Of a stretch of DNA of 29,235 nt, positions 8,928 through 17,017 are shown in pieces; position 1 is the stretch's first letter; every line of letters begins with the position of its first letter. Position numbers and translations under genes: made by a program. The notes under the pieces are model-generated. The model was not told where the DNA came from. It saw nothing but the letters and a program-made list of their open reading frames with translations, and did not search any database. Source of the stretch: Terriglobales bacterium (lineage in GTDB: Bacteria; Acidobacteriota; Terriglobia; Terriglobales; Acidobacteriaceae); contig JBAVAA010000740.1 in the NCBI GenBank assembly GCA_049585515.1, positions 1-29,235 on the forward strand, in the 5' to 3' direction.

Positions 8928-8956
8928 TTAGACTCCGATGGCCCCTTGCCAGTTCC
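8928..8956 (-). promoter_or_regulatory. Putative autoregulatory ECF promoter
   Basis: Minus strand GGAACT-N17-GTCTAA, about 25 nt upstream of the sigma start codon; fits the GAAC/GTCT type ECF consensus. Confidence 0.75.
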
Positions 8957-8998
8957 CGGAGTAAGTCGATTATTTACAACCAAAAGGGCGAGAGCGTC

Positions 8999-9035
8999 GG
9001 GTGGCCCATTCAAGCCTTGTTTTGGCTTGAGTGGG
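8999..9035. repeat. REP-like hairpin (may also act as a terminator)
   Basis: GGGTGG-CCCATTCAAGCC-TTGTTTT-GGCTTGAGTGGG, a 12-bp stem with one G-U pair, in the intergenic space. Confidence 0.6.
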
Positions 9036-9083
9036 GCAGTAAGCCGACATTAGGCGGCCAGAACGGCCGATTACTTGGTTTTT

Positions 9084-9800
9084 CTACTGGCTGGGCGGTG
9101 GAGTGTCCGGCGTAGTTGCCGGCGGCTTCGGCTTGGTCGCTTTCTTCTTTGCCGGCTTCTTCACCGGCTTCTGCACTGGCTCCGTGTCATCGACCACAAC
9201 TTTCTTAGGCGGCGGAGGCGGCGCCGCGGAGAGCGTCTTAACCTGCATCCGCAGACGCGTCAACTCATCTTCCTTGCTGGCCGTCAACTTCTGCATGCGT
9301 TCGCCAAACACACGGCGCGCGGTCTCCAGAGCCGACATATCGTTGCTCAGGCTCTGAAATTCGTCTTTGGATCCGAATGCTCCCGCATTTTCCACCACCG
9401 AACCGAAGAAGTCATACAACACAACCAGGTTGCGGTAGAGCTTGAAACTCGCCGCCAGATCTTCCGGAGAGCTGTTCAATTGCGCGATGGTTTCCGGCAG
9501 CGCCGACTGCAGATTGCGCTGGATCGACTCGACCGTCTCCAGGGTCTGTCGCTTGTTGGCGGCGTCGGTCTTCCATTTTTCGATATGCATCTTTCCCAGA
9601 TCGGATTGCATACTCTTCGCCGTTTCCTGCAGTGGCGTGAGAATACCGTTCAGTTCGTTGACCGAAGTGTAAGCAACCGGCGGTTGCCTGGCAGGCGCGA
9701 CGCTCGAGTTTTGCGTCCCAGCCGCAGCCGGCGCAAGCGCTGACGCGAGAGCGAGGAGACAGGGAAGTGAGCGAACCGGAATTTTTCGCAAGTTCAACAT
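9084..9800 (-). CDS. Hypothetical secreted alpha-helical protein with a Pro/Lys-rich tail
   Basis: GGAG RBS before ATG 9800; signal peptide; coiled-coil-like core; tail PPPPPKKVVVDDTEP...KKPAKKKATKPKPP. Confidence 0.8.
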   Translation of the reverse strand: MLNLRKIPVRSLPCLLALASALAPAAAGTQNSSVAPARQPPVAYTSVNELNGILTPLQETAKSMQSDLGKMHIEKWKTDAANKRQTLETVESIQRNLQSALPETIAQLNSSPEDLAASFKLYRNLVVLYDFFGSVVENAGAFGSKDEFQSLSNDMSALETARRVFGERMQKLTASKEDELTRLRMQVKTLSAAPPPPPKKVVVDDTEPVQKPVKKPAKKKATKPKPPATTPDTPPPSQ

Positions 9801-9868
9801 TGTGCTCCGATCATGTTCCTGATGTTGTAGCCCCAGTATCCTAATCCTATTTGAGTTCGGCAATCGTA

Positions 9869-9938
9869 GTCGAGTTTAAGACTGTCGAGTTTGAGGCGTT
9901 GAGTTTGAGACACCGAGTTTGAGACGTCGAGTTTGACG
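9869..9938. repeat. Five-copy 14/15-bp tandem array (consensus about CGAGTTTGAGACGT)
   Basis: GAGTTT at 9872, 9887, 9901, 9915 and 9929. Confidence 0.85.
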
Positions 9939-9961
9939 CAAGGCCCAAGCTAAGCGAGAAT
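9933..9961 (+). promoter_or_regulatory. Sigma70-type promoter of tRNA-Ala
   Basis: TTGACG-N17-GAGAAT, 21 nt upstream of the tRNA. Confidence 0.65.
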
Positions 9962-9982
9962 TGAAGGACAGCAATTCCAAGT

Positions 9983-10058
9983 GGGCCTGTGGCGCAGCTG
10001 GGAGCGCGCTTCCATGGCATGGAAGAGGTCGTCGGTTCGATCCCGACCAGGTCCACCA
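9983..10058 (+). tRNA. tRNA-Ala(GGC)
   Basis: 76-nt cloverleaf: acceptor GGGCCTG/CAGGTCC with the G3:U70 Ala determinant, anticodon stem CTTCC/GGAAG with loop ATGGCAT, T-loop GTTCGA, encoded CCA. Confidence 0.97.
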
Positions 10059-10194
10059 AATCCCCCCACGTGTCGCTTCCTGTCACCCGCACATCCGCGA
10101 AACTGCATTCCACGGCGGAGCGTTGTATGGCGAGGGAATTGAAGTCCGAAAGTGGGGGACTTCCAGCGGCGGATTCTAACGCACGCGTGCGCAA

Positions 10195-10299
10195 TCAATC
10201 GCCCACTGTGACCTCGTCTTCGACTTTCTCTTTAATGTGACGAGGAGAGTATTCTCCTTCGTCGAGGGTTGCGGTTGCGATCGAAGAATGCCCGGTGAT
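10195..10299 (-). pseudogene. Possible C-terminal remnant of a tyrosine integrase
   Basis: Manual translation ITGHSSIATATLDEGEYSPRH...* resembles the recombinase box II (LGHSSIxTTxxY); it points toward the tRNA 3' end. The match is short. Confidence 0.35.
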
Positions 10300-10756
10300 C
10301 CGAAGTTTCGGTCGGAAAACGCGAATGGCGGCTCAGTTGGTGGGCGCAATTGGACTGGTTTGCACGGCCCAGGCGGCTTACTACATCGGCGCAGGACGGC
10401 TGACTGAGCGTGTTTTCATTTTATGGGTGGCCAACTGGATCTTCGCAGGCGATCAGATTCATTTCGTACAGCTGCGAATTCATTCTGCCCGTGCCAATAC
10501 CTTCTCTGAGAAAGTGGCGCGCGGGAAGTTCTTCTTGCTTGCGCAGCCGGTGTTGTTTTCATCCCTGGTCGTCGCAGCGTTCTGGCATATACTTCCGCCC
10601 TTGGCGATCGCCGCGTTCGTCCCGGCTCTGGTTCGTGGGACTCTGTGGTTCTTTAGAAAGCCGGAGGCTTTGGACGTCAGAAGCTTGGGGTGGTCAGAGA
10701 TGAAGCAAGGAATCGCGTTTGGCGTATTGCTTGCGGTTGCTTTCATTTACTCCTAA
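10295..10756 (+). pseudogene. 5'-truncated YwiC-like membrane protein
   Basis: Multi-TM 153-aa frame ending LDVRSLGWSEM...LLAVAF, like the C-terminal half of YwiC-family proteins. The N-terminal P-x-EHGAW-type segment and an RBS are absent. Confidence 0.55.
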
Positions 10757-10839
10757 GCACCCAAATACCGCCGGGATCGAGCGTACGGATAGCGGTTGTA
10801 GCCGCCAGCTTGTACGCTCCGCATCATCGCTGCTTGTGC

Positions 10840-11103
10840 TTATATGCCTTTGGTCAGCATGACGGACTTGAAGGTGCCGAGTCTGACTTCGTACTTGCCG
10901 GTGCGAATGCCCGCGCGGATCATTTGCAGGGACTTGAAGGTCCCAAGTTTTACTTCGGAATTGTTTCTGCCAGCGACAGAAGACGCGCTGCAAGAAAGAC
11001 CGGCGCAGTTTACCATCACTAGCGAGTGATTACGGGTAGATTCTCCCCATGCCGCCGTGTTCAGCAGTCCGCACAGTAGAACGAAGTATCCCAGGCTTTT
11101 CAT
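10840..11103 (-). CDS. Small secreted protein (87 aa) with an internal EV(K/R)LGTFKS repeat
   Basis: AGGGGG RBS; MKSLGYFVLLCGLLNTAAWG signal peptide; repeated motif conserved in protein despite third-position changes. Confidence 0.6.
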   Translation of the reverse strand: MKSLGYFVLLCGLLNTAAWGESTRNHSLVMVNCAGLSCSASSVAGRNNSEVKLGTFKSLQMIRAGIRTGKYEVRLGTFKSVMLTKGI

Positions 11104-11240
11104 TTTTTCATTCCCCCTTGAATTTGTTGACCCCACTCATGTATCTGATTGCCTTTCCTGGATGCACGCGGCGCACCAGACAGGGAGGCTTGCAAGTCGT
11201 TAATTACACAGTCCAACCGGGGGAAAAGACAGGTGGCTGC

Positions 11241-11286
11241 GAGGACAGATCGTCCCAGGTAAATGTTAGTGGGACAGGTTGTCCCA
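11241..11286. promoter_or_regulatory. Tandem palindromic operator-like sites
   Basis: Perfect TGGGACA-GGT-TGTCCCA (11270-11286) and a near copy GAGGACA-GAT-CGTCCCA (11241-11257) in a divergent promoter region; TTGACG at 11293. Confidence 0.5.
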
Positions 11287-11340
11287 TGTGGATTGACGCC
11301 GATAGTAGGTATGCTACTTGAAATGCCAGCCGGAAGTGCC

Positions 11341-12231
11341 ATGCGCCGAGGCTTCTTTGATTCCGTTCTGCTCTTTGTCTTTCTGTTGCCGGCGCTGGCG
11401 GCGAACTCATCGGCGGGTCACTGGACTGTCATAAATCAGCCTGCACGCCTGGTCAACGGAAGTCCAGTGCTGTTTCGCGTTACAACGCCGATGCGGCTGC
11501 GTTCGCTTTCTGGAAGCTGGCTGGGCCACGGCATCGAATTTGGCTTCGATGCGAACAGCAAGACATGGTTTGCGCTGGCCGGAGTCAGTCTGGAAACCAA
11601 ACCGGGCGCTTATCCGCTCCAACTTCGCGGCGAGACTTTCTCCCGGCAATCTGCCGGGGAAACAATCTCATTCGAGCGGAAAATTCAGGTGCAGCGGCAG
11701 CACTATCCTCGGGTGCCGCTGAAAGTTCCCGGACGCTATACCGCGCCCAGTCCCGAGGAGCAGAGCGAGATCGAACAGGACAAGGAAATGAAGGCCGAGG
11801 CTTTCAAGACCGTTAGTCCCGAGCGTGAATGGAAAGGTTCGTTCGCGCCTCCGGTCGATGCTTCGATCTCGGATGTATTCGGAGTGGAGCGGGTGTTCAA
11901 CGGCTCTGTACAGAGCACGCATCAGGGGCTCGATTTCCGAGTGCCCAATGGAACGTCGGTGGTTGCCGTGAATCGGGGTCGAATCATCCTGGCGCGGCCG
12001 CTGTTCTTTGAAGGGAATTGTGTGGTCATCGACCATGGGCAGGGACTGCTAACGCTCTATCTGCACCTATCGAAATTCCTGGTCACAGAGGGCGACGATG
12101 TAAACAAAGGGCAGGCGATTGGATTGAGCGGAGGCACGGGGCGGGCGACCGGGCCGCATCTGCATTTGGCTGTGCGCTGGCAAGGCGTGTATCTGGACCC
12201 GCAGGCGCTGCTCAAATTGCATTTGCCGTAA
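11341..12231 (+). CDS. M23 family metallopeptidase (peptidoglycan endopeptidase-like)
   Basis: Signal peptide from ATG 11341; HQGLDF (HxxxD), GNCVVIDHG, YLHLS, TGRATGPHLH (HxH). Confidence 0.94.
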   Translation: MRRGFFDSVLLFVFLLPALAANSSAGHWTVINQPARLVNGSPVLFRVTTPMRLRSLSGSWLGHGIEFGFDANSKTWFALAGVSLETKPGAYPLQLRGETFSRQSAGETISFERKIQVQRQHYPRVPLKVPGRYTAPSPEEQSEIEQDKEMKAEAFKTVSPEREWKGSFAPPVDASISDVFGVERVFNGSVQSTHQGLDFRVPNGTSVVAVNRGRIILARPLFFEGNCVVIDHGQGLLTLYLHLSKFLVTEGDDVNKGQAIGLSGGTGRATGPHLHLAVRWQGVYLDPQALLKLHLP

Positions 12232-12256
12232 CCGGTCAGACCCGCGATTCGGCGCT

Positions 12257-12964
12257 CTAATTCGCAGCGGGCAAGAGACCGCCGACGCTGCTCAGGAGTT
12301 TCTCGGCCGCCTCTCCGGGATCGACGGTGTGAAAGTTCTCGTCCAAAATGAGGAGAGTGACGGCGGGGTCGATTTCTTCCAGCGCCTTGCGTGTCGGTTT
12401 GCCGTGCAGCGATTGCATTCGGGCGGAGACCACCACCAGTTTCGCCTTGGTGGCTTTGAGCAGGATGCGGGCGTCGTCGATGGCGGTGGTGGTTAAGGCG
12501 TTGTATCCGGCGCTGCAAAGCACCTCGCGCAGGAACATGCAGACATCGGTGGACTCGTAAACGCAGAGCATGCGCGGCCTGGCGTCGCCGGTCTTGGCGC
12601 GCGAATAGCGCGAGCCTAAATAGGCGGCCGTGATCGCTTCTTCGACCGAATCGTAGATTTCAAACTGTGAGGCCAGGTTCGTCATCTGCAAGGTCTTGAG
12701 AATTCTGGATGGGACTCCGCTGAGTTTGAGGTCTCCACCCTTCGATCGTGCCCCTTGAGTGAGGCGCACCAGCGCGCCCAGGCCGCTGCTGTCGATGAAT
12801 TCTACCTGGTCGAGTTGCAGCACGACGTCGCCGTACTTAACGAACGAATCTCCAACGAAAGCGTGCAAGGTAAAGACTTCATTTCCGGCCACGATCCGGC
12901 CGTGACATTGAATCACCAGGACATCACCCACCGGACGGCTCTCCAGGCGCAGCTGCATCAACAT
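12257..12964 (-). CDS. Anti-sigma factor antagonist (STAS) fused to a degenerate receiver-like domain
   Basis: STAS motif VEFIDSSGLGALV; C-terminus RMLCVYESTDVCMFLREVLCSAGYNA...KLVVVS follows a receiver pattern. GAGGAG RBS; TATAAT at 13005-13010 (minus). Confidence 0.9.
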   Translation of the reverse strand: MLMQLRLESRPVGDVLVIQCHGRIVAGNEVFTLHAFVGDSFVKYGDVVLQLDQVEFIDSSGLGALVRLTQGARSKGGDLKLSGVPSRILKTLQMTNLASQFEIYDSVEEAITAAYLGSRYSRAKTGDARPRMLCVYESTDVCMFLREVLCSAGYNALTTTAIDDARILLKATKAKLVVVSARMQSLHGKPTRKALEEIDPAVTLLILDENFHTVDPGEAAEKLLSSVGGLLPAAN

Positions 12965-13053
12965 CTCCTCGTACTTAGATTTGCGACTTGGTCACGAAAA
13001 CCGCATTATAGTATCCCATCCCGGCGGTTTTCCGGCATTGCCAACTCGATTCT

Positions 13054-13917
13054 TTATCGCGGCGAAATCACAGGCAGGACGCCCGCAGCCACGGATATCT
13101 CGGCCGGAGTCTGGCATACAAACTCTCCGTCGGCGTAGATGTCGACTGGAATCCCGGTCTGGATTTGAACCCTCTCGGCGCGCGAGTACTCTACCTTCCG
13201 GTTTCGCAGATGGCGGCCGAAGTAGACCGTCGGAAACATGCAAAAAAGTTCGAAGGGATTCATAGCGCCGATTTGGCAGATGTCGAGCTTGCCGTCGGCG
13301 AAATCGGCTTGCGGCGCGATGCGCATGCCGTCGCCATAGAATTGGGTATTGGCAAACGCGGCGAGCAAAGTTAGTTTCTCCGCCTCGGTATGATCCTTGC
13401 TGTCGAACTCCGTGAGCCGCATGGAAATTGCGGGGAGTTTCAGAAGGAGCGGCAACAACGCTAGCGCATAGCCGCCGTGTCCGCGCAACCAGCGTGGCAT
13501 TTTATTGGCGCTCCGGGCTGCCGTAGCGTCCAGACCGCAGCCGGCGACGCAGCAAAAATAATGAGTGCGGTCGGGGGCAGCGGAGGGAACGATAACCCCG
13601 AGATCAATCTGATGCGCTTGAATTGCCTCGGTCTCGAAATCGTGCCAGACACGCACGGAGTCTTGTATCGAGCGCAGGTTGAGCGCGCGTGCAAAGTCAT
13701 TTCCACTGCCTGCAGGGACGATTAACACTGGCAGTTGCAGCCGCACCAGCGCGGGCAGATGACGATGAATGGTGCCGTCGCCGCCGAAAATCAGGATGGC
13801 GTCGGCTTCGCTCGAAGAAGTGGGGAGACCTTGCAGCCATTGGGCCGGCGATCCGGTTTCGAAGGGCTTCAGATCTGCGGGTGAAGTTCCTAGCCCGAAG
13901 ATGACGGCGGCGCGCAT
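13054..13917 (-). CDS. Diacylglycerol/lipid kinase family protein (YegS/BmrU-like)
   Basis: GGDGT, PAGSGNDFAR, ANTQFYGDGM, DGKLD and ADGE motifs. Confidence 0.93.
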   Translation of the reverse strand: MRAAVIFGLGTSPADLKPFETGSPAQWLQGLPTSSSEADAILIFGGDGTIHRHLPALVRLQLPVLIVPAGSGNDFARALNLRSIQDSVRVWHDFETEAIQAHQIDLGVIVPSAAPDRTHYFCCVAGCGLDATAARSANKMPRWLRGHGGYALALLPLLLKLPAISMRLTEFDSKDHTEAEKLTLLAAFANTQFYGDGMRIAPQADFADGKLDICQIGAMNPFELFCMFPTVYFGRHLRNRKVEYSRAERVQIQTGIPVDIYADGEFVCQTPAEISVAAGVLPVISPR

Positions 13918-13946
13918 AGACCTTAGAGGTTAATGTTCAGTGGCGG

Positions 13947-13989
13947 CCGAGCTTCGCTCGGTTTGGACGGGCGAGACGCCCGTCCCCAC
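13947..13989 (-). repeat. GTGG-tagged REP with a second hairpin
   Basis: Minus strand GTGG-GGACGGGCG-TCT-CGCCCGTCC then CCGAGC-GAA-GCTCGG. Confidence 0.75.
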
Positions 13990-13994
13990 ACGAG

Positions 13995-15641
13995 CTATTT
14001 TGGCAGGCACTTGTCCATGAAATCGATCAGATCTTTTTTCATCTTGTCGTGTTCGGCGCGATCGATGTACACCATGTGTCCCGAGCCGTAAGTGGCGTAG
14101 GAAATATTCTGGCGGAACTGCGGGCCGAGGTCGAGATGATCCATGGTCCAGTTGGCGGCGGCGAAGGGAGTGGCCAGGTCGTAGTAGCCCTCCATGACCA
14201 GGATCTTCATATATGGATTCTTGATCATGGCCGACCGCAACCCACCCGCCGTGCTGGGAAAGCCTTCCACGGCATTGCCCCACTGCCAGTCGCGGAAGCC
14301 GGGCTGATCATAGGCGAAGACGCGGTATGGCGTGTCCGACTTATAGTTCAGCTCCGTGCGCAGGTAGTTGTTGAATGCCGAGGTATAAGGCGGAAGAATG
14401 GCGGCGCTGGTCGGATCGTAGAAACCATCCTCGCCGGGATTTGGGCTGCTGAAACGTCCATCGAGGCGACCGACAATCAGTTTCTGATCGAGCAGCAACT
14501 CTTTGGTGAAGGTGGGAACGTCGATGCGAAGGTCGTGCGCTTCGATCACTTCCGGACGCAGTCCGAGATACCGCGACAGTTGCTCGACGATCTTGCGATG
14601 TTCGTCCGGTGACAGCGCATCGCCTTTACCCAAAGCGAGCGCGTACTCATTCATTGACCAGCGTACGACTTCTTCGCGCGTCTTCGCCATGTCCTGGGTG
14701 AGGTCGGGGGAAAGTTTGTGATGGTAGCCGGCGATCATATTGAAAGTGGGCACCAGCAGCAGATAAGGCAGATCGTTCGATTTATTCCATTCCAGGGTTT
14801 GGAAATCCACCGCCATAGACAACAGCGTAACGCCATTGAAAGCGATGCCATGGTCGGCCAGATATCCGGCGATGCCGGCGGCGCGCGTGGTGCCGTAGCT
14901 CTCCCCGAGCAAAAAGAGTGGCGAACTCCAGCGCTCGTAACGGGAGAGGTAGAGGCGTATGAATTCCCCGAAGGCTTGCACGTCGCCCTTTACGCCCAGA
15001 AACTTCTTTGTAAGTTCGGCGTTGGCGGCGCGTGAGTAGCCAGTGGACATGGCATCCACCATGACGATGTCGCTGCGATCGAGCAGGGTGTCGGGATTGT
15101 CCTCCAGGCGATAGGGAGCGGCGGGCATGAAGCCGTTTGGCTGCAACAGCACGCGCTTCGGCCCGAGAGCACCCATGTGCAGCCAGACCGAGGCCGACCC
15201 GGGGCCGCCGTTGAAGGCGAAAGTCAGCGGACGCTTCGTCGCATCCTGGCCATCGAGCGTGTAGGCTACGAAAAACATCTCGGCTTCTATCTTGCCGTCG
15301 TCGCGCTTGATGGGAAGCCTGCCGGTTGTGGCCGTGTAGCTGAGAGCCTTGCCGTTCACGGTAGTCTGATGATGGGTGATTACCGGCGGGACTTCGCTTA
15401 CATCATAGTGTTCCTCTTTTTCCTTGTCATTATCGGCGGCTTCACTTGCCTCAGGTCTGGGCGCTTCGGCGGGCGTGGCGCTTTCCGCGGGCTTCTCAGG
15501 AGTTGGCGGGGTGGCTAGCTTTTTATCTTTCCGGGACGCGGTCTGCTTCGCGCCGCCGGGTGTCGTGTCCTGCGATTGGTTTTGCGCCGCTGCAAGTGGC
15601 ATCGTCAACAGGGCAAAAAACAGAACGATCGGAATTCTCAC
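13995..15641 (-). CDS. Peptidase S10 (serine carboxypeptidase), secreted
   Basis: FNGGPGSAS, GESYG nucleophile, GYYD, SGHM. GTG 15641 has a GGAGA RBS and gives a signal peptide (ORF track start 15752). Confidence 0.93.
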   Translation of the reverse strand: MRIPIVLFFALLTMPLAAAQNQSQDTTPGGAKQTASRKDKKLATPPTPEKPAESATPAEAPRPEASEAADNDKEKEEHYDVSEVPPVITHHQTTVNGKALSYTATTGRLPIKRDDGKIEAEMFFVAYTLDGQDATKRPLTFAFNGGPGSASVWLHMGALGPKRVLLQPNGFMPAAPYRLEDNPDTLLDRSDIVMVDAMSTGYSRAANAELTKKFLGVKGDVQAFGEFIRLYLSRYERWSSPLFLLGESYGTTRAAGIAGYLADHGIAFNGVTLLSMAVDFQTLEWNKSNDLPYLLLVPTFNMIAGYHHKLSPDLTQDMAKTREEVVRWSMNEYALALGKGDALSPDEHRKIVEQLSRYLGLRPEVIEAHDLRIDVPTFTKELLLDQKLIVGRLDGRFSSPNPGEDGFYDPTSAAILPPYTSAFNNYLRTELNYKSDTPYRVFAYDQPGFRDWQWGNAVEGFPSTAGGLRSAMIKNPYMKILVMEGYYDLATPFAAANWTMDHLDLGPQFRQNISYATYGSGHMVYIDRAEHDKMKKDLIDFMDKCLPK

Positions 15642-15671
15642 GCTTGTCTCCGGAAAAAGAATTGGACGAGC

Positions 15672-15700
15672 ATTATAGCGCCATGAGCGGCGTCCTTGAA
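15672..15700 (-). promoter_or_regulatory. Sigma70-type promoter of the S10 peptidase
   Basis: TTCAAG-N17-TATAAT on the minus strand; a divergent extended -10 TGCTAGAAT (15723-15731) faces purM. Confidence 0.5.
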
Positions 15701-15817
15701 AAGCGGGAGGCAACTCCAGACGTGCTAGAATTTGTTGCGCTTGAAACTCCACCGGCTTGGTGGCGCAGCGAATCTCTCCACCCTGGCATGACGGACTAAT
15801 AAAGACGGACTAACAAA

Positions 15818-16870
15818 GTGGCCCCAGATACCCAGCCCCAAAGCGACACCATCACGTATGCCGACGCCGGTGTCAGCATCGATCGCGGCAACAAAACCAA
15901 GCAGCGCATCAAGTATCTGGCCCACAAAACCTTCACTAAGGGAGTCCTGAGCGAGATAGGCGGGTTCGGCGGATTGTTTTCCGTTGACAAGAAATATATA
16001 GATCCGGTGCTGGTTTCAAGTGTGGATGGGGTGGGCACCAAACTAAAAGTGGCCTTCGAAATGAAAGTGCACCACACGGTTGGTGGAGACCTTGTGAACC
16101 ACTGCGTGAATGACATCGCGGTGCAGGGCGCGGCGCCCTTGTTTTTTATGGATTACCTGGCTACCGGCAAACTCGATCCCGAAATCGCGGAGAAAGTCGT
16201 GGCCGGGCTCGCCGACGCCTGCAAGCACAACGGCTGCGCTCTGATTGGCGGCGAGACTGCGGAGATGCCGGGATTCTATCCGGAAGGCGAATACGATCTC
16301 GCCGGATTCATTGTCGGAGTGGTCGAACGCGAGCGGATCATCAACGGCAAAGATGTGCAGATAGGGGATTGCGTGCTGGGCCTACCCTCGAATGGCCTCC
16401 ATACCAACGGATATTCGCTGGCCCGCAAACTCCTGTTCGAAATCGCGGGCTATTCTCCGGAGACCTTTGTCAGCGAGATCAAGAACAAGGTCGGCAACGA
16501 ACTCATGCGGAGCCATCGCAGCTACTGGTCGGTAATCCGAAAGCTGATAGCAGGCGAGTGCGTGGTGGCGCTGGCACATATCACAGGCGGCGGCATCACC
16601 GAAAACCTGCCGCGTGTGCTGCCGAAAGGCACGTCGGCGGTGATCGAACGCGGAACCTGGCCTGTACTGCCCATCTTCGAACACCTGCAGAGGCTCGGGA
16701 ATGTTTCCGAGGAAGAAATGCTCCGCACCTTCAACATGGGCCTGGGTATGCTGATCGTGGTTCCCGCGAAGAAATTCAAGAAAGCGCAGACGCTGCTGGA
16801 GCGGGCCGGAGAAAAATTCTACAGCGTCGGCCGCATCGTCAAGGGCGACCGCAAGGTGATTTTCAGCTAG
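15818..16870 (+). CDS. purM: Phosphoribosylformylglycinamidine cyclo-ligase (AIR synthetase)
   Basis: TYADAGVSI, IGGFGGLF, DGVGTKL, LIGGETAEMPG, SNGLHTNGYSL, AHITGGG and RTFNMGLG motifs. Confidence 0.98.
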   Translation: MAPDTQPQSDTITYADAGVSIDRGNKTKQRIKYLAHKTFTKGVLSEIGGFGGLFSVDKKYIDPVLVSSVDGVGTKLKVAFEMKVHHTVGGDLVNHCVNDIAVQGAAPLFFMDYLATGKLDPEIAEKVVAGLADACKHNGCALIGGETAEMPGFYPEGEYDLAGFIVGVVERERIINGKDVQIGDCVLGLPSNGLHTNGYSLARKLLFEIAGYSPETFVSEIKNKVGNELMRSHRSYWSVIRKLIAGECVVALAHITGGGITENLPRVLPKGTSAVIERGTWPVLPIFEHLQRLGNVSEEEMLRTFNMGLGMLIVVPAKKFKKAQTLLERAGEKFYSVGRIVKGDRKVIFS

Positions 16871-16900
16871 AGCTAAATGATCTCGGCTGAATGATCTCGG

Positions 16901-16965
16901 TTCGTATCAGGGCATCGCTTTAGCGATGCCGAAAGCTTTTAAAGTTAGACCCCTTTAGGGGCTGG
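16901..16965 (+). repeat. TTCGTATCAGGGCAT-family REP-like element
   Basis: TTCGTATCAGGGCATCGCTTTAGCGATGCCGAA (32/33 identical to 2063-2095), followed by the CCCCTTTAGGGGCTG hairpin. Confidence 0.85.
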
Positions 16966-17017
16966 CATATCTCACACTGAGTTTTCAGCAACCTGTTTGG
17001 CTCCTGATGGCGCTCCA

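Noticed and set aside
9869..9938. Possible CRISPR array
   Set aside because: 14-15 bp contiguous units with no unique spacers and no cas genes nearby.
9847..10240. Several short ORFs over the tRNA
   Set aside because: Shadow frames of tRNA-Ala and the repeat array, with no protein motifs.
15642..15752. Extended S10 peptidase N-terminus
   Set aside because: It contains the TATAAT promoter; GTG 15641 has an RBS and yields a clean signal peptide.
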